Both the position numbers and the translations under genes were made by a program. Shown piece after piece: positions 48,931 through 61,575 of a stretch of DNA of 64,000 bases. The stretch comes from Octopus sinensis. Lineage: Eukaryota. Numbering within the stretch: the first letter of the stretch is position 1; each line of letters begins with the position of its first letter. Location of the stretch: assembly GCF_006345805.1 (NCBI RefSeq), contig NC_043000.1:23126001-23190000 (forward strand), given 5' to 3'. The notes under the pieces are model-generated. The model was not told where the DNA came from. It saw only the letters and a program-made list of their open reading frames with translations, and made no database searches.

Positions 48931-49200
48931 TACTACTAGCGAACAGTGGACCCCGTGCGCGCACACGCGTAGTCGCGCATCCGCGCTAGCTAGTCTCAAG
49001 TAGTCGATCCTACAACGACTGACTAGCAAAGTAAATAAAACACAAAATAAATAATTTTTTTTACACAAAGTAAATAATTTTTGTTAAACAAAGTAAATAA
49101 CACAAAAACACAAAGTAAGGATCGACTAGTCATGACTAGCTTGCGCGGATGCGCGAGTACGCGAGAGCGCGCACCGGGACCACTGTTCTCAAGTAGTGCC
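48929..49200. repeat. CpG-rich inverted repeat, 80-bp core arms, AT-rich spacer
   Basis: 48932-49011 pairs with 49197-49118 at 68 of 80 positions without gaps. Confidence 0.95.
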
Positions 49201-50404
49201 CTGTTTACATAGGAGGAAGGCGTTTACACTCATGAAATTCGCATGCCTTCTAAAAACTGGTGAGTTTGATGCTGTCGTTGTTTATCTTGAACAGCTGTCC
49301 GTCTAAGATCGCAGATGGGGAATTGGAGGTATATAGGCGAGGAGGAAGTTCCAGTGGGACAACGGTTGGGGAAGTAAGAATTAGGTTAATTGTAGGCCTG
49401 GGGGGTAAGGACACACAGCATGGATGGCCGGAAAAGGAGAGAGAAGTATGTCAGGTGGGCTTAAGTGTTGAGTGGTATGCACCAAACCTTGCTTTAAGGA
49501 GTGGAAGCCATTACAGTAACAGTAGAAAAGTGACAAGACAGCATGTCGATGGGTTTGATGTTGACATTTTTAAGTACGGTGCAGGTGTGGCTGTGTGGGG
49601 GAGAAGCTTGCTTCCCAACCATGTGGTCTTGGGTTCACTCCCACTTCACAGCACACTGGTCATGTGTCTTTTCTTATAGGCCTGGATTACAGTACAGGAT
49701 GTTTAAAAAGTCTCTCCGCAGTAAGTATTTAATGGGTTTTGGGTGATTCTTGTACACTGATCCTTTAGTTGCTCCCCAGAAGAAGAAAAAAAGTCTGGCG
49801 GTGTTAAATCAGGTGATCTTGGTGGCCAAAGCCCCTTTGAAATAATCCGTTCACTGAAAAACTCTTGAAGTAGCACCATGGTGATGCGCAGGATGAAAAA
49901 ATTCACTGGGGAGAAACTTTTTGAACACCCTGTAGAAGATGCTTGCCAGAACTTTGTAAGTGGATTTGACAGAAATGGAAACAAGCTTGAGGATTACATA
50001 CATGTGTGTGTATAAGTGTGTGTGTGTGTGAGAAAGAGAGTTTGAGTGTATGTGTGTGTGCATGTGCATGTATATGTACCCTTGAGCCAGTGGCACGTAA
50101 AAAGCACCATCCGAACGTGGCCGATACCAGTGCCACCTTGATGGGCGTCCATGCCGGTGGCATGTAAAAAGCACCAACCAATCGTGGCTGTTGCTAGCCT
50201 CCTCTGGCCCCTGTGCAGGTGGAACGTAAAAAGTACCCACTACACTCACAGAGTGGTTGGCGTTAGGAAGGGCATCCAGCTGTAGAAACATTGCCAGATC
50301 AGACGGAGCCTGATGCAGCCTCCTGGCTTCCCAGACCCCGGTCGAACCGTCCAACCCATGCTAGCATGGAAGATGCTTGCCAGAACACAGGGAAATATTA
50401 CATT

Positions 50405-50812
50405 ACTCTTTACTCTTTTTTACTCTTTTTCTTGTTTCAGTCATTTGACTGCGGCCATGCTGGAGCACCACCTTTAGTCGAGCAAATCGACCCCGGGACT
50501 TATTCTTTGTAAGCCCAGTACTTATTCCATCGGTCTCTTTTGCCGAACCGCTAAGTAACGGGGACGTAAACACAAAAGCATCGGTTGTCAAGCAATGCTA
50601 GGGGGACAAACACACACACATACACACACATATATATATATATATACATATATACGACAGGCTTCTTTCAGTTTCCGTCTACCAAATCCACTCACAAGGC
50701 ATTGGTCGGCCCGGGACTATAGCAGAAGACACTTGCCCAAGATACCACGCAGTGGGACTGAACCTGGAACCATGTGGTTGGTTAGCAAGCTACTTACCAC
50801 ACAGCCACTCCT
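50405..50812 (-). mobile_element. SINE family A
   Basis: Reverse-complement match to the copies above. Confidence 0.85.
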
Positions 50813-52809
50813 TACTTGGAAACAAGTAAGGGTTGGTGACGTGAAGGCCATCAGGCCTTAGAAAAATTGCTTCAACAGATTCCGACTGATCCATGCAAAC
50901 ATGGAAAAACAGAGGTTAAAAGATGTTAAATAACTCCATGTCAGTCAGTCTTCTGTTGCTAGTTTCAATCATTGAGCAACTGCAGTCATTCAAGGGTTTT
51001 GGTTAATCTTATCAACCCTAGTGGTTTCCTTAGTATTGAATGGCTTGATATAAATGGACATAACATTGGTTTCAGATCTTTTCGGTTTTAATGGCAGTTT
51101 TTAACATAATTTCTAGGTAACTAAAAAATTTTAAACTTCGTATACTGGTTGAATGTGTTTATAAAACAACTTTTTCTCTTGGCTTTATTGAGAAAATTCT
51201 ATAGTTTGTAAGATATTTGTTGTGTTTTTTTCTTCAATTTCTGCAATTTCAACCAATGAATGACGCCTAATGAGTTAAAAAACATTCTGTGCCGTATGAA
51301 TGTGCCCCTCGTTTAAGAAACAGATTGGGTTTATTTACATTTGTGAAGAAAAAAAGATACCCTTCCCTCCACCCCTAACCCTAAAACAGATTGAAATGCA
51401 ACAGATCAATACTAGGGTCATAATTATGGGTGACAATTTCATATGACACCGCTAGAAAAAACTGCTGTTCAAACCGAAAAGATCCTTGGTTTGCACTGAT
51501 AAATATAAACACAAACTTTCTCTCTCTCTCTCTCTCACATACACACACACACACATATACACGCACACACACATGCACACACACACATACATGCATGCAT
51601 TCTAGTTGGTCCTAGCAAATACAAAAGTTTTTATCATCATCATCATCATCATCATTTAATGCCTGCTTTCCATACTAGCATGGGTTGGACGATTTGACTG
51701 AGGACTGGCGAACCAGATGGCTGCACCAGGCTCCAATCTTGATCTGGCAGAGTTTCTACAGCTTGATGTCCTTCCTAACACCAACCACTCCGAGGGTGTA
51801 GTGGGTGCTTTTACATGCCACCGGCACAGGGCCAGTCAGGCGGTACTGGCAACGACCTCACTCGAATCTTTTACACATGCCACCGGCACAGGTTTAGTCT
51901 GTAGAAAAGAAGATGAGATCTTGGTGCCACCATGAAAATGATTGATATGCAGAAAAGGAAGCTACAAGCAGTGATGTTTGTATCATTTTCCCTGTTAACA
52001 TATCACCCGCAGGGTTTGTGCTTTCAAAGATGTGTGGAATAAGTATCCCTTACTTAAAGCACAAGTAAGGGTTAGTAACAGGAAGGGTATACTCCTGTAA
52101 AATGATGCATTAATACTATATTCATTTACCCCATGCTGAAAAGCATCATCATCGTTTAACATCCATTTTCCGTGCTAGCACGGGTTGGACAGTTCGACCG
52201 GGGTCTGAGAAGCCAGGAGGCTGCACCAGGCTCCAGTCTGATCTGGCAGTGTTTCTACAGCAGGATGCCCTTCCTAATGCCTAGGAACATCCTTGTTATA
52301 ATGAAGCTAATGCAAGTATTTCTGAATATATATAACCAAAACTCTAAACAAATTTTGGGATAAATTTTAAATAATATTAAAATCTGTAAAAATTCCAATT
52401 TTAATATATTTTAATAAAAATTTGCTCTTATTGTCCATTTTCAGTCCATAAATACAATTTGTTGAAAACGTTTTTGGCTAATATGAGCAATTATATATAG
52501 ACTCTGGTTATATGTGGCTGAGAAGCTGAACAAAAATTGTAAAAAGTGGAATTGTTTTAGTGAAAAGCAACACTACCACCTATGGTACATAGTAATTAGT
52601 GTTAATAAAAATTTTCAGTTTGAACACATCCAATAGTTTTGATTCAACAAAGCCTACTAAATTAATATTTCATATTTTTATGCTATATTGAATCAGAAAA
52701 ACTGAAATTTAAATTTTAAATTCGAGATAAAAATCAATTCAAGTGTATGATATATAATTTGAGATTGTAGCTTTTGTATCTGGCATAGCTGTGTATCAAT
52801 TGGATGTTA

Positions 52810-53350
52810 TCGTTCACAAATTATATTTTTCTTCTTCTTCTTAATCCTTTTTGCCTCTTGTGGAGCATAGGGCCTCAACAGCTGTTTTCCACTTTTGTGG
52901 TCATTGGCGTGTTTCTTGGCTGCTTCCCATGTCAGGCCAGTGGTCCTGAGCTCATCCAAAATGCTCCACTTCCATGTCAGCTTCAGGTGTCCTCACTTCC
53001 TTTTCCCTTGCGGATTCCAGTCAAGTGCTTGTCACGTTGCATTTGAGGGTTCTTTCCGCAGTGTGCGTCTGATCCATCTCCATTTCCTTCATCTAATCTG
53101 AACATGTATGGGCTCCTGGTTGGCCCTTTTCCACAGGTCGGTGTTTGGCGCTCTGTCAAACCACTTCAGATGGAGGATCTGCCGGAAACATTTGTTGATG
53201 AAAGTTTGGATCTTCTTGTAGTTGCTGCAGGTGGCTCTCCATGTTTCAGATCCCCTCAAAAGAACAGATTTTATGTTTGAATTAAATAAGCGGATTTTAG
53301 TTCAAGTTGAGATGGCAGTGGACTCCCTATACTCATAAACCTGTTATAGT
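52810..53350 (-). mobile_element. RTE-clade LINE 3' fragment
   Basis: Minus frame TKIRLFNSNIKSVLLRGSETW...KIQTFINKCFRQILHLKW...RKWRWI...ALDWNPQGKRK, with a (GAA)n tail. Confidence 0.8.
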
Positions 53351-53621
53351 TCATTTAGTGAGTTTGTCTATCTTGGCATCAAGATCAACAAATTATATGG
53401 TAGTCTGTAAATGGATTCATCAGCTGAACTTTTTATATGATCTTCTGGGATGATGAACTCAAATCAGTTTGATGCTGCAATGGAAAAATAAGCTACATTC
53501 CCTGCTTGCCCACCACCAACTATTGCCAAATACTTTAACAATGCACAACCAAGGAACAGGTTCTTAGAAAGCATTTGAAGTAACAAACAATACTCCTGGG
53601 TATTCTAGATTTAATCCCACT

Positions 53622-54088
53622 TTAACCCTCTGGCATTCAAATTACTCTGTTAAATGTATTACTTATTTATTCACACTGATTTTAGTTAATCATACATTAT
53701 CTCATAGCTCTGAGATTTCAATGATGTGATTGTTTGGAGTGCTAACAGCTCCATCCGAGTGGGATCACTGCCAGAGCAGCTGTCTGGCTTCCGTGCCGGT
53801 GGCACGTAAAAAGCACCGTTTGAGTGTGATCGTTACCAGCGTCGCCTTACTGGCACTTGTGCCGGTGACATGTGAACAAAACATTCGAGCGAGGTTGTTG
53901 CCAGTGCTGCCAGACTGACTCCTGTGCAGGCGGCACTTAAAAAACACCATCTTGAGTGTGGCCGTTGCATGGAAAGCGGACGTTAAATGATGATGATGAT
54001 GATGATGATTGTAGGATAGGTGTGAGAGGCTGGATCTGGTCAGCTTGAACATAAAACGGGAAGAACATGTTGGTCTGATATGGCTGGT
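53622..54088. mobile_element. Older copy of the same TTAA MITE, interrupted by a (GAT)n-tailed retroposon (~53740-54010) and abutting the next MITE
   Basis: Starts TTAACCCTCTGGCATTC; resumes gtaggataggtgtgagaggctggatctgg after the insert. Confidence 0.7.
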
Positions 54089-54293
54089 TTAACCCTTTAG
54101 TGTTCTGATTATTCTATCAAACATAATGCTTATTGATTCACATTGATTTGAATTAATCATGCCTTCAAGATCTTGATGGTGTAATTACTTAATGTAGAAT
54201 AACATTGTAGGGTAGGTGTGAGGGCCTGGATCTGGTCAGTTTGAACATGAAACAGATTAAATATTTTGGCCGGTTTAAATACTAAAGGGTTAA
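54089..54293. mobile_element. piggyBac-type TTAA MITE, complete, same family as 31072
   Basis: TTAACCCTTTAGTGTT ... AATACTAAAGGGTTAA. Interior is reverse-similar to 31072-31299. Confidence 0.85.
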
Positions 54294-54637
54294 AGATATA
54301 AAAGAAGTGACCAAACAGATTCATTGCTGTCAAGTGGAACTGGTCAAGAACCACATTTCAACAAATTCTACTTTTATGATACAAACCATGAATTGGCAAA
54401 CTGGGTGTGTCAAATGGGCAAGCCTTTTTTTGTTTCTTTGATATTATTTTGTGCTAAACAAAGCTTGAGACTCATAAAGGGACCATTAAGAAGGAAGAGA
54501 AAGGTGTACAAATTCAAAAGATGTCAATTGACATAAAACTTCAAGGACTGAATACCATACATCCAAGGGAAAACAAGACAGTAGTAGTGAGTTCTTGAGA
54601 GTAGCTGTTTGAGCAAAGAAGCTATTAGAATAGGAAA

Positions 54638-55057
54638 AGGTGGCAAGCTGGCAGAAACGTTAGCAGGCCAGGCAAAATGCTTAGCGGTATTTCGTCTGCT
54701 GTTATGTTCTGAGTTCAAATTCCACCGAGGTCGAATTTGCCTTTCATCCTTTCGGGGTCGATAAATTAAGTACCAGTTACACACTGGGGTCGATGTAATC
54801 AACTTAATCCGTTTGTCTGTCCTTGTTTGTCCCCTCTATGTTTAGCACCTTGTGGGTAGTAAAGAAATAGGTATTTCGTCTGCTGTTACATTCTGAGTTC
54901 AAATTCTGCCGAGGTCGACTTTGCCTTTCATCCTTTCGGGTTGATAGATTAAGTACCAGTTACACACTGGGGTCGATGTAATCGACTTAATCCCTTTGTC
55001 TGTCCTTGTTTGTTCACTCTATATTTAGCGCCTTGTAGGCAATAAAGAAATAAGAAA
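54638..55057 (+). mobile_element. SINE family E partial tandem dimer
   Basis: Second unit restarts at GGTATTTCGTCTG (~54870). CTATTAGAATAG flanks both ends (54622-54633 / 55058-55069). Confidence 0.8.
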
Positions 55058-55218
55058 CTATTAGAATAGAAAGACTTTTGACTAATGGGAACTGGGAACT
55101 CGCTAGAAAAAGGATGTGTCTGGGAAGAGAAGTGGGTGACATGTTTAAAAGTCTTGGGAAGGGGTACTAGACTAGGAAGTTCATCAAAGCAATGACTATG
55201 GAAATACTTATAGAAAGG

Positions 55219-55391
55219 CACAGGAGTGGCTGTGTGGTAAGTAGCTTACTTACCAACCACATGGTTCTGGGTTCAGTCCCACTGCGTGGCACCTTGGTCA
55301 AGTGTCTTCTACTATAGCCTCGGGCCCACCAAAGCCTTGTGAGTGGATATGGTAGACAGAAATTGAAAGAAGCCCGTCGTTTATATGTATA

Positions 55392-55454
<63 letters not shown>

Positions 55455-55670
55455 ATGTGTGTGTCTATGTTTGTGTGTCTGTGTTTGTCCCCCCAACATC
55501 GCTTGACAACCGATACTGTTGTGTTTACGTCCCCGTAACTTAGTGGTTCGGCAAAGGAGACTGATAGGATAAGTACTAGGCTTACAAAGAATAAGTACCG
55601 GTGTCGATTTGCTCGACTAAAGGTGGTACTCCAGCATGGCCACAGTCAAATGACGGAAACAAGTAAAAGA
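55219..55670 (+). mobile_element. SINE family A
   Basis: Full head, microsatellite core and 3' domain. Confidence 0.85.
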
Positions 55671-56135
55671 AAAGGATACAAAAAAGATACATTTCTATGG
55701 CAAGCCAAAACCTCCAATCTACTTACTGGGATACTCCAGGGCATGCATAAATCAGTAGGTGAGTACAACACCAACAGCAGGAAGCGCAATGGCTCAGTGG
55801 TTAGGGCAGAGGACTCACGGTCAGAGGATCGCGGTTTTAATTCCCAGACTGGGCATTGTGTGTGTTTATTGAGCGAAAACACCTAAAGCTCCACCAGGCT
55901 CCGGCAGGGGGTGGTGGCGACCCCTGTTGTACTTTTTCGCCCCAACTTTCTCTCACTCTTTCTTCCTGTTTCTTGTCCCTGACTTCCTATGCAACGACTG
56001 AGCCTGGATGCGCATTCAACCATCCATCGATGCTCTCGGTGTCGGGGGTTGACCTGCTTTCTCTTCTGTGGGTCTTACAAATAGCAAAGGACCACGTTTT
56101 GGACTTCTCCCACTGGGACGAAGACCGCTTCGCTG

Positions 56136-56166
<31 letters not shown>

Positions 56167-56929
56167 CCACAGCAATAGTTTCAAGGCAGCTATTGGGTTT
56201 GCTGCTACTCCAAACATAGATTCTACAAGCAGACAAGTAGTGCATAATGTCATCTACTGACTGCTGCAGAACATACAATTTGTCCATGGCCTCAGGGGTT
56301 GCAACAATCATGCAAGACTGTTGAAAACCTTGATGTTGTGGTCAGATGACATGATGGAGGGTTTCAGAGAAACTGCTAGGCCCACAGATCTTGTGACCCT
56401 CTCCATTAGGTCCTGCTTCTCCCACCCTGACTCTAATAGATCTCTATGGCTATTGGTTCCAGATGCTACAAGATAACTTCATCACAGCCATGAAGAGTCA
56501 GCCCATGATGCAGCAGTATACAGCCAATGTTCAGACCAGTAGAGCAGCCTTCTTTAAGTCTAGAACAACCAATTCACAAAGCAGGTAGACAAATATTAGG
56601 GCTTGTTTGATGCACAAGTTTGAAAGGGGTGGTGTAAATGTTGGTTAAAATATCACTTTGTCACTCGACAGCTTTGGCACTCTCTACTTCTCTCATGAGT
56701 ATTTCTAAAACTCATTGACAGTTGTTAGGCACTATGGCTAGACTGAAAATTTCATCAAATGATTGTTAGGAAGGGTTTGGCATTAGGAAGGGCATCCAGT
56801 TGTAGAAACTCTGCCAAATCAAGACTGGAGCCTTGTGCAGCCATCTGGTTCACCAGCCCTCAGTCAAAATCGTCCAACCCATGCTAGCATGGAAAGCGGA
56901 CGTTAAACGTTGATGATGATCATCATCTT

Positions 56930-57510
56930 TTCATTAGGAATTGCTTCAAATCCTGAAAGAGAGGCCAATCTGTGATGGTGAGTTTTTGAGATTAGATATA
57001 ACGGTACAAGATATGGAGAACATCTGGAAGAGTTGTTGTGTGTCAATGCTGCTGAAGATAAGGCTACTTCGGGTTGCCGCTTTCTCTATTGCAACGTATG
57101 GCTGCGATTCGTGGACAATGTTGAAGGCAGATGAGAAAAGAGGGAGTGCTTTTGAAATGTAGTGTTACCGTGGAATCCTTAGCTTGTCGTGGACGGAGAG
57201 AAGGACGAACAACTGGGTACTAGAAAAGCTCGGTTGCGAGATGACGCTTCGGCGAAACATCATGAAGTGGAAGCTATGGTTCTTTGGCCACATCATGCGC
57301 CGGGATGGACTTGAGCGAACGATCATAACTGGCAAGGTGAACGGCAGATGTAAAAGAGGCAGACCAACCACTTCTTGGCTGAAAGACATCGCAGCCACAG
57401 GATTGTCTTTATTCTCAGCTGTCCATGGGGTAAAGGACAGGAGAAGGTGGTAAGACATCGTGATCACCACAGCATCGCATAGTGCAACACCTGACCAGGA
57501 TGATGATGAT
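56930..57510 (+). mobile_element. RTE/BovB-like LINE 3' fragment
   Basis: IATYGCDSWTMLKADEKR..AFEM and LWFFGHIMRRDGLERTIITGKVNGRCKRGRP, with a (GAT)n tail. Confidence 0.85.
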
Positions 57511-59786
57511 AACAGTTTGTTGAATGATATTTGAGAGGTATTATTTGACAATGTGAATATATCCATTTTGCTACAGTTAATAGGGCAGACTAAGGGAAAT
57601 ATATGTGCATGCTTATACTATCCTGATTATGGAAGTAAATAATGAGCCAAAGACCAAAGGTGTCTGATCAGATCGATGAGGGAACAAATATGAAGCTAAA
57701 TTTCATCACCATTACAAACAACATAGCTGGCTCTAGCTATCCATAGAGTCTCTTTATGGTGGATCATGATCAAAACTGATATGGCATCAAGAAATTCCCC
57801 CAAATTACTTAGAAACAACTTGATAGTAACTGAGAATTCATATCCAAAATACCAACAAAGATTTGCTAAGGCAAAGAAGCTCCACTGATTCAATCAAGTT
57901 AAAGGAAGTCCAGAAAATAGCATGATGCAAAAGGTGGGCTTTGTACCTTACAATTCACTCATCTCTTTGAAGTAAAACATCCATCTTAACTCTAAATTTG
58001 TGCAAAATATCCAGACCATGAAGCACCTCTGTAAATTACACCATCATCATCATCATTATCGTTTAACGTCCGCATTCCATGCTAGCATGGGTTGGACGAT
58101 TTGACTGAGGTCTGGTGAACCAGATGGCTGCACCAGGCTCCAATCTGATCTGGCAGAGTTTCTACAGCTGGATGCTCTTCCTAATGCCAACCACTCCGAG
58201 AGTGTATTGGGTGCTTTTATGTGCCACTGTCACGAGGGCCAGTCAGACGGTACTGGCAACGGCCACGCTTGAATGGTGCTTTTTGTGTGCCACCTGCACA
58301 GAAGCCAGTCCAGCAGCACTGGCAATGACCTTGCTCAAATGTTTCTTCCCGTGCCACCAGCACAAGTGCCAGTAAGGCGACGCAGGTAACAATCACGCTT
58401 GAATGGTGCTTTTTACATGCCAATGGGAATAGCCTGGTCCTGGCTGCTTTCAGAAATTAGCTCAGTTTCAAAGAAAAGGGGCCTAATGAAATCATCATCA
58501 TTTAACAACAGTTGTCCATGCTGGCATAGGTTGGACAGTTTGACCAGGATTGGTAAGCTGAGGGGTCGCACCAGAATCTAGTCTGATTTGGCCTAGTTTC
58601 TCTGGCTGGATGTCCTTCCTGACATCAACCACTCCGTGCGTATAATATTTATAATCCAGGAAAGCAAACCTGGAGTTACTCATCAGAAGAATTACGACGA
58701 GATTGCTTATAATTATGCTTGGTACAACTTAGCTGTAACCTGGAATATACCTGAGAGCTACCACAGTACCTGCCTGGGTACTCTTATCCCTATTACTCCC
58801 ACATTATGTGTGTGTGTGTCTGTCAGTATTTGTTCTCCACTATCACTTGACAACTGTGGAGGCACATGGCCTAGTGGTTAGAGCAGCGGACTCGCGGTCG
58901 AGGGATCGCGGGTTCAAATCTCAGACTGGGTGATGTGTGTGTTTATGAGCAAAATACCTAAGCTCCACACAGCTCTGGCAGAAGGTAATGGCGAATTTCT
59001 GCTGACTCTTTCACCACATCTTTCTCTCACCCTTTCCTCCTGCACCTTGCAGCTCACCTGCGACGGACTGGGGTCCCGTCCAGGTGGGGAACCTATATAC
59101 CAAGGAAACCAGGAAAACCGGCCCTCATGAGCCAGGTGTGGCTCATGAAGGAATAAACAAAAACAAAACAACTTGACAACTGGTGTTGGTTTGTTTACAC
59201 TTCTGTAACTGAGCAGTTTGGCAAAAAATGGTTAATAGAATAAGTACGAGGGTTAAAGAAAAATATATTGGGGTCAATTCATTTGGCTAAAATTCCTCAA
59301 TGTGGTACCACAGCATGGCCACAGTCTAATGACTGAAACAAGAGAAAATAAAAAAGAAAACAATATATACATACATATTCTTAAAATTTAGTTCAATTTA
59401 TTTATAATGCTATTGTACCTAAATGAAAATAAATAATAAAAATAGACGAATCAGGTAATTGAACATGTGATGTGATTCTGTTCTGAGCTTCTGTCATCTC
59501 CACTGACAACAAAGCTAATGCTACTTTAATTGGGAATAAACTTCAATAGCTTCAGCTTGTTGGTCATATCTCCCTTTCTAGGAAGAATTTAAAATGGATG
59601 TAACCTGCCTCTTCAATTTAAAGCAGCAGCCACAATTGACTTTGCTATTCTGAATTTTTCAATTCTTAAACTACCCCTAAAAGATAATTTCAAACTGCCT
59701 GTTTGGGCAAGCCTCAGGACAGCCAAAGCCTTGTGAGTGGATTTAGAAGATGGAAACTGGAAGAAGCCCATTGTATGTGTGTGTGT

Positions 59787-59831
<45 letters not shown>

Positions 59832-60049
59832 GTGAGTATATGTTTGTGTGTCTGTGTTTGTCCCCCCAACATCGCTGGTGTGTTTACATCCCCGTAACTT
59901 AGCGGTTCGGCAAAAGAGAACAATAGAATAAGTACTAGGTTTACAAAGAATAAGCTCTGGGGTTGATTTACTCGCCTAAAGGTGGTGCTCCAGCATGGCT
60001 GTAGTCAAATGACTGAAACAAGTAAAAAAAAAAGTAATGTGTGTGTGTT

Positions 60050-60289
<240 letters not shown>

Positions 60290-60290
<1 letters not shown>

Positions 60291-60925
60291 AGGAAATGAA
60301 GAAAATGCTGACAAAATAATTTAAATAAGGGAGAGTGTATTTAATTAGGTGAAAGTTCTTTTTACCGGTTGCGCATTTGTTATGCTTATCAAAAGATATT
60401 TTTTTAAGAGAGATAGAGTTTCTTTCTGATAGATTTTTTTCTCTTATCTGACTTTATGTTGGGTTTGCTGTCTCTTATATGTGAAAAAAGAGGCTCCAGA
60501 GTTGTTTAAGATTTGCTTGGTCTCGCGCCTAAAATTTCTTGTGGACAATGGTCAATACAATTTTGATTGGTCATTATAAAGGGGTCACATGAATGTTTGA
60601 ATGGAAGTTGGTGTTGGGATAAGAAAATAGGCTCCAGAGATGTTAAAATTTGGCTAGTGCCTAAAATTTCTTATTGGTCATAATAAAGAGGTCACTTGGA
60701 TGTGGTCATAATAGAGAGGTTAGGTGAATGTTTAGAATGAATGTTGGTGTGGGTGGTGTATGGAGTTTTCGAAAATAGCATTGTTGAAAATTCTTATTGT
60801 TCAGGCTGGTCAGTAGATGTCATGTGGATATTTTAAATAGCTTTTTAGCACATAGTTAAGGAGTGTATTTTCCGCTTGACTGAATTTGAGCTGGATAAGT
60901 AAGTTCCTTCAGGACAGGAAGAGCT
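60290..60925 (-). other. Decayed coding-like remnant between microsatellites, possibly Penelope-like, with a diverged ~130-bp tandem duplication (~60490 and ~60628)
   Basis: Repeated aggctccagag...gcctaaaatttctt...attggtcat..aggtcac blocks. Protein similarity is only vague. Confidence 0.25.
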
Positions 60926-61131
60926 ATATGTATGTATGTGTGCGCGTATGTGTGTGTGTGTGTGTGTGTTTATATGTATGTTGGGGCGCACGCGCGTGTA
61001 TATATGTGGGCGTGTGTGGGTACAATTTTCAATATTTATAGTTCTGCTGGCCTTGTGCCTGTATCGGGAAGCAATGTGTTTGTGTGAAGTCAATATTTAC
61101 AGTCATTTCTGTAATGACTTATATATATATA

Positions 61132-61377
61132 TATAAGAAATACAAAATGGGACAAGAACGCACAGCATCCAAATAGGTGATACAAAAAACATGGACAGGT
61201 CATTTGAAGCTTTTAATCTTCAGTCAAGAACCGGATCCTCCTCTTCAAGATTAATCAGCCGAAATTGTGAGGATGATCTGGTTCTTGACGGAAGATTAAA
61301 GGCTTCAAATGACCCGTCAGTGTTTTTTGTATCGTCTATCTGTATGTTTTGCGTTCTTGTCCTATTTTGCTTTTCTT

Positions 61378-61380
<3 letters not shown>
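61132..61380. repeat. 106-bp-arm inverted repeat inserted in (TA)n
   Basis: 61132-61237 versus the reverse complement of 61275-61380 matches at 91/106 without gaps; 37-bp spacer. Confidence 0.9.
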
Positions 61381-61432
<52 letters not shown>

Positions 61433-61502
61433 TGCATATATATATACATGCATACATACATACATACATACATATATATATATATATATGCACACACACA
61501 CA

Positions 61503-61575
<73 letters not shown>

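Noticed and set aside
47068-48989. Several 110-189 aa ORFs
   Set aside because: Low-complexity GA/CT and dinucleotide tracts; no recognisable domain.
48929-49200. Classifying the CpG-rich inverted repeat as a CACTA or hAT MITE
   Set aside because: CACTAC and CAGTGG-like ends are present, but no 2-3 bp or 8 bp TSD fits either boundary.
51000-51470. CCCTAACCCTAA telomere-like motif and possible Helentron-like element
   Set aside because: Only two hexamers, a single copy in the window, and termini could not be defined.
59440-59690. Minus-strand exon-like segments (KGRYDQQAEAIEVYSQLK; GSLRIEKFRIAKSIVAAALN)
   Set aside because: Both end in stops without convincing donors or phase-compatible partners.
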